The notes under the pieces were generated by a model. That model did not search any database, was not told the DNA's origin, and was given only the letters and a program-made list of their open reading frames with translations. DNA of 64,000 nucleotides from Pelomyxa schiedti (taxonomy: Eukaryota; Protista; Evosea), in contig JAHLWZ010000197.1 in the NCBI GenBank assembly GCA_020536535.1, positions 62,001 through 126,000 on the forward strand, in the 5' to 3' direction. Positions 29,901 through 40,709 of this stretch are shown piece by piece (position 1 is the first letter of the stretch; each line of letters opens with the position of its first letter). A program made the translations under genes and the position numbers.

Positions 29901-32900
29901 TGCACAGTGGTTCCAAGTTCTGCTTGCACTGTTCCATTTTTGCCCGGATCTCGGTGCTTTTTCCAGTGCAGGGACCACCAGTGTAACACACCACACTTGC
30001 CTTCGCGTTCTCCATGATCTGCCTTGGGTTCAGACTTGATGTCGGGATTTTAGCTTTGACTTCATCCGACACCACTGACTGTTGCTTTACGACACTGTTG
30101 AAGAAAACATCAATTCCAACACGGGAGGTGAAGATCAGGAAAGTCTTTGCTTGTGGTCTGTCTTGCATCGCCATTTTGGAGGACCACTTGTACAGTTTCT
30201 GCCTGAGCTCCTCCATCATCTCGTTCACACCCACAATGGCAAATGTGAGGTGTGGAAAACTGTTGATGCATCGAAGAAGCCGCTTGAGGTCTGACTTGGT
30301 TGCATTCTTACCATAGAGAATCCTTGATGGATGTGGCTTCTGGAATTCAAAAATTTGAAAAAGCAAATGCAGTAGTGCGTTTGGTGTGAACCCTTCTGCA
30401 AGTTGGACAACGATGTCTTGTGAACTGTCGGATGTTGTGGTGCTTGTTGCCCCCATTGTTCCAGCTTGAACCGCCTTCAAATTGGCAACTTGAGTGACAA
30501 AGCAGCAGACAAGCTTCAACAATGAACATGGGTTCCAGATTGCACCCACACCTTCAGTCACAACTGCTGCAATTGCATCATCACCCACTGCCTCTGGTGG
30601 AGGCACTGGCACTGGCACTGGCTCTGGCTCAGGCCTCCCTCCAATGTCAACGATTGCTGACTCCAAGCATTGCAGCACTGTCTCTGGGGGAATGGTCTCC
30701 ACATCTGGGAAACATGCCCACAGGTATGGACCCACAAGAGCCTGAACCTTGTGAGTGACTGACTGTGGTGGCACAGAGGAAATTTCAGCTGCCACTACTG
30801 TGAGTGCGGCACCAAATCTTGTGAGTTGTCTTCCAGAGAGGAAGTTGAGACGGGGCTGCCTGTTGTACACTTCAACCATGAGTCCCTTCCACTCCGCAAG
30901 CTGTTGCTCCAACTAGTTGATTTTGAATTTGTTGTCAGGCAAACTTTTGGGAAAGGAAAGGAGACAACCAAAGTATGTGAAGCTTGCAAAATGTCAACAT
31001 TCATCAGCTCCCCCGGTTGATTAAGCATGTCTTCTTTTCCTTGGTATTGGGGATGGCCCATACTTTCCAATTCAAGGCGCATTTGGTGCATTTGCTGTTT
31101 GTTATTGTAAGTAATTGCTTGAAACAGTAGGCTCACCTCAGCCAAAGTGAAAAGACCAACGAAGTGCGCAACATTAGTTTCATCACTTTCCTCTGGGAAA
31201 AAAAAGGGTGAAAGTTTTTTTGTTGATCAATTAAAAAATAAGGAAGAAACCTGAGCTGCTGATGAAAATTTTCATTGCTCGAATCAAATTCATCAAAAAT
31301 GAGTGTGATTGGTCACTGGGACCCCCTCCTGTCTGGGGAACAACCAGAACAAGTGATTCTCCTTTTGGGTGAAGATGCAAACAACTTCTGTAACAGCCTT
31401 TCTCACGAAGAGAGGAAATGTCTATTTTTTGTTTGTGAGTGTTGCCAAATGAAAGGCTACAGATTATTGGAGAAAAGGAAAACATACAAGGCAACAACGC
31501 TTCAAGGTTCAAACTCCCTTGACGTGAGAACATCACTTTAATTTGCGGAAGATTCTCGTGGACAGTCTTGATTGTGTGAATTATTTCTGGAACATCATTG
31601 ACATCATTTCCAATCTCCGCAAGCAGTGCCTTGCACAACTCACTGAGTGGTGTGTTGCTTTGTTCCGGTGTCCGCAGTGACTGGAACACCATCATTGGCT
31701 TACGGGATGTGACGGCACAGAGTGCAAGGTCTTGCCCAAATTTCCATCTGTAGTTTTATGGTTAAAAAAAAGAAGTGGAGGCAATCTGCAACCCCTGGGT
31801 TGAGCCTTGAACAAGGGCATGTCTTTGTTCAAATTCTGTTGCTGTAAATGTCTGATTATTGTGTTTGAAAAAGGCTGTTAAGCTTGTAAGTGTAGACAGA
31901 GCATAGTACCTGATGCCACTCCAAAACATCACCAGCAAGACTGATGGCAGAAAATAATTCCAACTGCTGTGGTTCCATATTTCCAAGCTGAAGACAGTGA
32001 GAGTGTGAAAAGAAAAGCAGCACAGAATACCTGTTGTCTCACGTTAACTAACTCCTCTGTGCAAGCTTGCAGAGAGACTTGCGTTGATGTTAGGTTGCGG
32101 TGCACGTTTTCCAGTTTTTCAGCTGTAACGGTGCACAAAACAAATTGCTTGCAACAGTTGACAACTGCGGGAATGAATTCCAGGTATTGTATGAGAACAA
32201 GTCCTTCTTGGAGGAAATGAGCATGACTCAGCAATGTATCATCCCCCTTTTCAGAGAAGAACTTGGATCTGATAGTGTGCGTTAATTTTCCCTTACGGGT
32301 TACATGAAAACAGAGTTGCACACATAATTTGGCCCTCTTCCGTGCTTCCTTTGTTCTTCTCAGCTGCTTTTTGCAAGTCTCTTATCTGTGGTTGTGAGTG
32401 CATGTGGCATTAATTGAAACTCAGTTTGGTTGTATGCCAAACTACCAACCTGGCTAAGCCTCAAGTTTCCTTCAACAAGCTGCTGCAAGTCACGGACAAC
32501 CGCACCAACGATTTCCTCCAGATCGCCAGGTGGAATATCCTTGTCTCCCTGTATCCAAGAATCACAACTACATAGGCGGGAAAAAAGGGGAATAAATACA
32601 TAGCGCTTCTTTGTTAAATCTGTGAAGTAAACCTCAAAGAAAGCACTGCTGTTGACCAAGAAGTATCTCAACTGTTTTTGGTGGATTTCAATGACATAAG
32701 ACAACACAAGGAAAGAGGTGTAAAACATACAGCATGAAATTGCTGTGTATACAAGGGAATTGACTTGCGAAACTCGGCGCAGCAGTGCTCCATGTCACAC
32801 AGTGTGCCCGTTTCTCTCTGTGGTTTTTTTTAATATGTATTTCATGTGGTGAAGGGGGTGGTACATTGACATCAAATCCCACAGGTCTGAGATGGACTCT

Positions 32901-35900
32901 TCCTTTTTGTTCAAGCCAATACCGCACAATCTGCAGGTGATGAAGCTGCTCTTTGAACTCCAGGAAGCGCTTGTAAACTTGTCTCATGTCTGGCAATGTA
33001 ACATCTGGGAACAACGTTTTGCAGATTTCAACAAATTGCAAGTATTGTGTGCTCTCAACTGTGGGTTCCTTTCTTGGTGGCGCTGATGTTGCATTGTGAT
33101 GGTGGTGTGGTTGTTGCACATTTCTGCTCTGACTACGCACTGGCGCTCCTCCACCAGGTGCTTTACTTGGTGGGTTGGGGGTGTTGCTTGGTGTCACTGG
33201 AGGTCTTCACACGTCATGGAAACACGGTAAGACGAATTGAAGCTGACACAAATGTGAGGAAACATACAGTTGGTCACCAGCAAAATCTTTGACTTCTTGA
33301 AGCGTGACTCGATTGTCACAGATCCTGTCAACCTGTTCTCTGATGGTGTCACACAACTGTTTTTTTGGTTGTTCAGAGGCTTGTGGTAAGGCACAAAAGA
33401 TGTAAAGTTAATCTCACTTGTTGACAGCCTGTTTCATAGTTTCCGAAAAATGGGTGATCCAAATGCAAGTCCCTGAATCGCAACAAGGAAAGAACGGCTG
33501 GGGTGAGCTTCATGACTTCCTCAACTGCCATCATGCACCTTGGGCACACACTTTCGTTCAAAACTGCAATGATAAAAGAGCTCTCTCTCTCCCGTTTCGA
33601 GAGGTTGGGGAGGTGTCGTTCGAGCCATCCTCCAAGTGCACAAAGCTGTGCTGAGATCGATTTGCCTGGTGGTGTTTCGGCACTGTTCAAGAATTGACAT
33701 TTGAAGAAAAAGAAAAAAAAGTTGTGCTGTGGGGGTGACAACAGGATATATAATACCTGACAACAAGACAAGCTGGAGCCAAAAGTGAGAAAAAAGGAAT
33801 TCGACAAATGATGGGATACCAAAAGTCTTGAGCATGAGAAGGAACAGTGGTGACTGACTTTGGTCAGGTTTTTCCATTTCAGCCTGGAACAAAGACTTCA
33901 CGGTGTTTGGAAATTGCCTTGCAATTGGTTTCACATCAACCTGGTTTCCTTGAGATAAAAAGAAAAAAATGGGAAGAGGAAGGGTCAACTCACATCTTTC
34001 ATGATGTCTTTCAATACCATGATGTCACGATCATCCTCAAAAGAAAACAAGTTTGAGTATTCAGGGCAGTAAAGGGAAACCCGGATGAATGGAACAATGT
34101 TTCTGTGTGAATTGCATTGATAAATAGAAAGAAATGTGGGGTCAGGGCCACACTCACATGAAATTGCACCTGAATGACTTGTAGAGCAAGTCATGTAATG
34201 GGAGGAATTTAACCCTGGGATCACCAGACTGTGGATTGAAGTTGTGTCGGGAAACAAGGAGTTGAGCATATTTGTCCAACACCCAACCAATTTGATGTGA
34301 TTCCCACACAAGTGCATTCTTCTCCAGGACACTTTGGAGAAGTTTGAGTTCAAGGAACTTGGTTGGAATCCTGTTACCATTATAAGAGTGGAGAAACCAA
34401 GAAAGGGGAGAAGAATACTGCTTCAGCTCAGCAAAAGTGGAAGGTGGCGTTGTTTGGAAAAAATGAGCCACTGAGGCATCAAAAAACTTGAGAGTGTCTT
34501 CTGACAGAGTTGATCTGACAGCCTCAAGTCCATATTGGAGTGTTCTCTGGAGAGGGAGAAACAATAAAAAAGATCATGAAAAATGGTCTCCTCCTCCACA
34601 TTTTTTTTTGTTTCACAAAGACAGAGAACAAACCTCCAAAAAAGGGGCAGTCAGACACTGCTTCTGTGGTCTAAGAGTGAGACATGAGGAACAGGGAAAA
34701 AAGTAGAAAGCACAAACAGATCTTCCAGACCAGCAGCCAATGTGACCCACTCCAACCAATACCACCACAGTCCCATCCTCTGTGCATTGCCAGTCTCTCC
34801 TTGTCTCAGAGAAGGGCATGTGAGGTTGAGCAAATCCTGGTAATACTTGCTCAGGTCCTGAACAAAAAAAAAGGTGGTTGGGTTGAGAACCAAGAGGATT
34901 GTGATGGGAGGAGACAAACCCGAATTCCTTCTGTGTTACCAGTGGGAATGGAAAACCCACCAGGACAAATCCAATAGATGTTTTTCACAACAAGATCACG
35001 TGTTGCCTCTGCACTTTCGCGGTCTGCACCTCTGAGTTCCCTCTCAAAAAGCTTTACAGCACCTTGCAACACACTCAGTGACACCTTGGGTGGCATCTTT
35101 GCCGAGAGTTGCTTGTAAAGAACTGGTGGTCTGAACTCCCCCACAATTTGGGAGATGAAACATGAGAACTAAAACATATGTGCAAGCATGAAAAAATACT
35201 TGTTGAAAAAATCCACAAGAAGCATCGAAGAACTTCGTGAGAAGAATTGATCCTGGACAAAATTGTTCCATGCATACACAAGCTGTTCCCCACACAAGTT
35301 AAGCACAGAGTAAAACACGAGAAGAAAAAGGAGTCCACCTGGTTCTCATTTTGAATCCCTTTTTGGAACTGCAGTGTCAAATGCAAGATCTGAAGCTGAA
35401 GCTCACGTTGTGGCTGTTTGTTGTGTTGTCAAGTGAGAAGTGGAAAACAAGTAAGGATAGATACAGTCAAAAATGTGCGTTGGAGAAGAGCTGAACTTGA
35501 ACACCGGGAAGATAAAAGACGCAAAATGAGGTCAAAAAGAGAAGGATCATCTTGTTGAAGTACTTTCAATGACTGCCATAACGTGTAAATACAATAATAA
35601 TTGTAAGAGAAAACCATACAGTCATGATCGTATCATCTTTTGCTCTCACCATGGCCTCATCAGGTGATGGAGAATGAAAAATGGAATCACTAATTTGACT
35701 CACAACTTCATTAAGAAATTTCATCCCGGCTTCCCTGTCCTGAAGCTTCCCAACATCAAGTTCCCTGTGTGAAATAAGGAGAGGGGGAAAGTTAAGACCA
35801 TTGATTTAAAAAAAGAGAGAGAAAAGAGCATGCGGAAATACGCAACTCGAGGAGCCTCAGCAGCAGGTAAATGAAAAACGGGGCGTTGTCAAACACGTAA

Positions 35901-36256
35901 CTTCCATATCTGGAGCCGTGTCCCGGCAACATACCCAAATACCTCACCGCGGCCAACAACCCCCCGATGATCCACGACACGTGCTCTCCGAATTGTGGGT
36001 TGGTCTTCTCCTTGTTCCACTGGTCGAACTCGTTGAGCAACGTGATCACCTGCCGGGTGAAATTCTTGTCCAGAAGCACCGGCGCCACGAACGAGGAGTT
36101 GTGTTGCTCCTGCGGCGGAAGCGACGCGACGTACTTGCTCACCGCGTCGGGGACCACCGCCCCAAGCAACGTGTGCAGTTGCGTTGCGGCGTCGTCGGGC
36201 CCCGTTGATCCTTTGTTTCGGCCCATAAGCCTCCCTACAAACGGGAAGTGGTCCAT
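17980..36256 (-). CDS. Giant RNF213/mysterin-like multi-AAA+ ATPase (probable single gene, on the order of 5,000 aa, many introns)
   Basis: Walker A motifs: GGPCTGKS (~29960), GGTGTGKT (~28815) and GPP/GCSKT (intron-split, ~27040-27090). Walker B motifs: CFIDE (~28075) and VLLDEVGL (~26820). RNF213-like segments: YILTPDFALKML, ASIRDIVR, ENLFCTVVCLDAKIPLVIVGPP, FFHLRDF, LRRNFGG, GETIVLVN..FYDVFNRHY and CLVHDNFRVIV..PTPLLNRFEKY. At the 3' end, in-phase splice links (PANE|VSVLPPP...IELP|EPPLQSS) connect to the 436-aa Q/P-rich terminal exon. Not every junction was verified. Confidence 0.85.
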
Positions 36257-36466
36257 CGTTGTGTTACGTTTCCTTTGTTTGTTTTTGTGGTTTTATTTTC
36301 GATTTGTTTTTCCTTTTTGGTTTTTGCTCGGTGTTCGGCGGGGCACTGTGTTGGTTATTCCTTCTTTTTCGTGTCCGGAAACGAAGTTGGGTGGCGGGTG
36401 TTGGTCACTTTTTTGGGCCTGTGTTCCCCCCAATTGCTCCACCTCCATTTCGATTAGAAATAGCTA

Positions 36467-37781
36467 ATGAGAGACTCTTCGGGAGGTGTGGTTCTAAACA
36501 CGGGTTGCCGGCGCTGCGGTGCCGAGGGACACGTGGCCCGTGCTTGTAGTCGCCCGCGGCGTTGCGATCATTGTGGGAGAATCGGACACGTTAGGGCCTA
36601 CTGCCCCGGTTCGTATTTTTGGCATCTCGTATTTGGCTTCTAATAAACACTTTTCTTTGCCGTGTTTTGTTTTGTTTTAATTATGTCGTGTTATTTTTTC
36701 TTTTTTTATTATGTATAAATATGGATGGGATGTAGACAGACTTCATGAAATTCTGTGTCACCGTTGTGGTTTACGTGGTCATTATGCAAACGATTGTACA
36801 AGCGAGACTCCAAGTATTGGCGGTACCAACGGATCCTTGGTGTGCTGCCATTCTTGCAACAAACCAGGCCACTTCATGAAAGAATGCCCGTCTTCTGGAT
36901 TGGCTATGACTCTACCTCGCCACATTTCTTCTCTTGTACAAAATTCCACCAATAGTTCTACGGCAACTCCTGGAAGTTTACGATGCTGCGACTGGTGTGG
37001 CAGGACAGGCCATGTTCAGAGGGACTGCCCATTCAGACTGGCTGATCCCCTCGTACCGCCGAACGCTGTTTCCGCCGCTGATGTTGATGCCGTACTTCTT
37101 GGAGGAAGGCCAGTACAACCTATCGGCCGTACAACAACATCGGAGAAACAACCCTCAAGTGTGTGGGATTCTCTTGTGGCGGATGTAATAGCGAGGAAAC
37201 GTGAAGATCCATCTACTTGTCACAGTACTCCCATTGTTTCGTACCTTCAACCCGTGGAAAAGAAACCGAGAAAAGAACTTGTCAGTGCCTCTATAAGCAA
37301 ATCTGTCACGAGTACAAATACAAATGGCCCAGAAGTCTGTGACAAAAAGGAGAATCACAATCCGGAAACTTCCGCCAAGTCGTGCCCAAGTCCAAACACC
37401 TCAGAAGCCCCGAGTGCAATTCCTATAGAACCCAACACAACTCATTCCAACTCAGCTACACCAAATACTACCGCCGCTATTCCGCTACTAACAACAAAAC
37501 CATTAGATACAAACAGTAACCACGACAACATCCGAAAAAACACCCAACAACACCCACGAGTGAAAAAGAAATCAACAAACCCCACCAAAACACCAAATCC
37601 AAACAAAAACACCAAAACCAAGAATACAAAGACCAAGAAGAAAGTTGCCAACAAAATCCAGCCACCAACACCAACTACAGCCACAATAATAACAACCACA
37701 GCAACATCCAAATCAACCACAAGCACAACAACGTGTCCCAATCCACTTGAGTCCCTTTGCCTATACAACGACTCTGAGTGA
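36467..37781 (+). CDS. CCHC zinc-knuckle protein (5 knuckles; intron 36609-36735) with low-complexity Thr/Lys tail
   Basis: Exon 1 is MRDSSGGVVLNTGCRRCGAEGHVARACSRPRRCDHCGRIGHVRAYCP and splices in phase 1 to DRLHEIL. The remaining knuckles are CHRCGLRGHYANDC, CHSCNKPGHFMKEC and CDWCGRTGHVQRDC. Confidence 0.88.
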
Positions 37782-37907
37782 ACTTTTTGTCTCCCACCGT
37801 CCTTCACGTAACCAGATTTGTGCGTGCCAAACAAAGGACCAATCAACACTTGTTTATTTTTTTGCTTTCGAACGAACACCCCAAACAAAAAAGAAAAAAA
37901 CCGAAAG

Positions 37908-38595
37908 ATGACGGACTGGACTGCAAGGTTCTGCGGTTGCATGGACGACGTGCCTTCATGTATGCCTTCTACTGCGAGATCTGTGTTGGTGTTTGACGGG
38001 TGGTGTTACGATGCTTTTTTTTTATTTCTTTATAATTTACGAGAGATCTTAGGCTTGTGCTCGTGTTTCTTGCCGTGCGTGCAATACGGCAGAAATGCGG
38101 AGCGATATGGACACGGCATCCTTGGCGAGGAGTACGTTTGCATTTGCTCTTCAATATTTACGTAACCTCGTGTCTTACAAAAAACGCAAAGGAAACTTCC
38201 AAACTGCCTTGGTTTCATGTGTTTCAGCTTTTTCGGTCTCTCTTTCATCCCCACTTTGTTGCAGAGGACTTCCATACGCACAAAATACGATATTGAGGTT
38301 TGCCCCAAAATCTCTAATAAATGCTTATCATACTAAGTGTTGGTGTTTGTTTCTTGTTTTTTTTTATGTTCCTCCCACTCCCTCTACGTACGCAACACAT
38401 TCCCACAATCGCCCCCACTCAGTACTTCTCTCACACAAAACTACAATACCCACTGACACTGATACCTGCACACAGGGAGGACCAATCAAGGACTGCCTTT
38501 CATCGTTCTGCTGCACTTGCTGCACACTCTCTCAGCACCACAGGGAGCTCGTTAACCGTGACAAGCTGGTTCACGTCGTGCACTCGTCCTCTTGA
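37908..38595 (+). CDS. PLAC8/cornifelin (Cys-rich) family protein, multi-exon
   Basis: The segments MTDWTARFCGCMDDVPSC / LCSCFLPCVQYGRNAER / GGPIKDCLSSFCCTCCTLSQHHREL match the PLAC8 pattern (W...C.C..D...C, CLPC..G.NA, DC....C..C.L.Q..RE). Confidence 0.88.
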
Positions 38596-38802
38596 GTGCG
38601 TTGATACTCTGAGTGCGTTGTTATTCCAACCATTAATGTTTGTTGTGGAAAACACATGGAATAAAGCCAAAAGAAACCCAAGCAAAAAGTTGTTTGTTTA
38701 GAAACCAGTGGTTATTGGGTGTATTTTTTTTTTAATTTATGTGTATGTTTGTTGGGGTAGATGGTATTTACACGGTTGGGAGGAAGTAGCCGCGGCCGCT
38801 GT

Positions 38803-40071
38803 TCACTTTGCTTTGGCGTCAACGATAGAGTTGTCTTCAAAGTCCACGTCATTGGGAGTGCTGTTTGGAGCTAATGCTCGCCCGTCGTAGTGAAACTGGA
38901 GAGTTCCAAGTGGTTTCTTAACAGCCTGACTGAAAGCAGAAAAAAGTTTGGCAAACTGGGCAGTCTGAAAAGAAGTTAACGCACTAAAAGTGAGTGGAAG
39001 GGAAATTGAACCTTTGGCAGACCGTACTTGATAATGGTGTCTTCCAGCTGCACTTTGACTCTTACTATGTCTTGTTCCTTCTGAGTTGATTGCGTTAAAG
39101 CCTGTGTCGCTTCTGTGGGCTCCTCACTACTGGCGGGAACATTAACAACTGCTTCCAGTACTTGATTCGGGCTAAGTCCAAGAGACATGGGGGTATCAGT
39201 GGGTGAAACCGGTATTCCATCAACTTTGAGGGTGAGGTTAAACTCAGAAGTCCGACATTGCTTGGCGACAGTGCTTATTATCTGCTTCATTGGAGAAATC
39301 TACACCAGGTAAGACGTAGAAATAATGTAACAATCACTAACTACCTTGAACATTTTATAGGGACGTGTGCCTATCTCCGAGTGTACTTTGATAATAATGG
39401 TTGGATCTTCCTCCTCGGACTTGTCACCTTCTTCAACTAGCGTGCCAATAGCATTGGCTTTTTCAATAAGCTGTTTGTTGAGCCTGTAACAAGGAAATTA
39501 ATTCAGCCTTTTTGTTTGTACTGCGAGGAAAATACTCGATAGATTTTAGAGCAGCATAAGCAGCATCAGTAAGTCCAGAAATGCGTTCCGAAAGTTCCCA
39601 GTTCGTAGCTGTGGGTTCGGTGAGAAAGCGTTCACAATATTTGTTCTGTAGGTATGGGAAATACGCATGAATGAATTCTCCACATCTTCCATGGTGAAAC
39701 GTTCAACTACACGTCGTTTCCAACGCCTACGCTTGGGAAGTGGTTGTAATTGTGCGGTGGTCTCCTCATGCTTTTTGTCTTCAACAGTATCCTTGCGCCG
39801 TGCAGTTTTACGTGGCACAGTGGGCTTCGTAGTGCTGGCAGTAGTACTGGACGACACAATGCTGACACCCACATCCGCCTCCGACGAAGATTCATCGTCA
39901 CCAGATCCCTCGAGCCACCCTGGCGCAACTATTTTTTATTTAGTGATGGAAATGAGAAAAAGAGAAAGCGACGGGTTGCTCTCTGGGCAGGGGTTTCATA
40001 ATGTCAAACGAAAACACACAATGGGCCTGCTCCAACGCGCTTTCGGCTTCTTTGCGGATAAAGAAACTCAT
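38803..40071 (-). CDS. Tandem SUMO-like domain protein, Rad60/Esc2/NFATC2IP (RENi) family
   Basis: An acidic/basic disordered N-terminus is followed by two ubiquitin-like folds: LKVDGIPVSPTDTPMSLGL and FAKLFSAF...LQFHYDGRALAPNSTPNDVDFEDNSIVDAKAK*. There is no C-terminal GG. The start codon is uncertain. Confidence 0.75.
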
Positions 40072-40709
40072 TGCAGTGTCGGCTTTTTTTTAATTCTTTA
40101 CCTCTCTTTTACTCTCTTAGACTTCATTTCCCTTTGGGATTACCATTACTAATTACCCGCCAATAAATATTAAATATTTTCTTGGTTTTTTGTTTTATTA
40201 CCTCAACTGCAAATAACTTAATGCACGTGAACTACAAGCTTTGCTGTACAAATTTTCCCAATTGATAACACAACAATCAATACATCAGTGGCTATCTTCA
40301 CAGGAGACAATACTACAATGTTGGTAGGGACGCCAGGTCAGTGGCTGGACTGTGCCCGCATTTCCTAAATGTTCGATGCCTCCGGCAGCACCGGCTCCTC
40401 TTCGTTTCTTCGGTGGATTCTGTTCTCCCTCCACCAGGACACCTTGGATTTACGCAACAACTCCTTGGAATGGCGACACTTACAATGCCGGTATTCAAAG
40501 CGGTAATTCTCGACTTGCTCGGGCAAGTTGAGCCTTGGCTCAGCTCCAATGTGAGAAACTCCTCGAACTTAATACATCACCCATGAGATCGATGCACTAA
40601 GATATCTCCCCTGGCACTGTTAGTTGCTCATTAAACAAGATTTTGTTCGCGAACTACGGAAAGTTTTTGAATAAAACATTTTCCACTGAAACTCCAATAT
40701 TTTAAGCTT

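Noticed and set aside
22632-30912. Dynein heavy chain or midasin call for the multi-AAA gene
   Set aside because: No dynein GPAGTGKT motif or microtubule-binding stalk, and no midasin acidic tail or MIDAS domain. The signature segments match RNF213 better.
36467-37781. Retrotransposon Gag because of the CCHC knuckles
   Set aside because: It has five knuckles, a spliceosomal intron, and no adjacent protease, RT, integrase or LTRs. This fits a cellular gene better.
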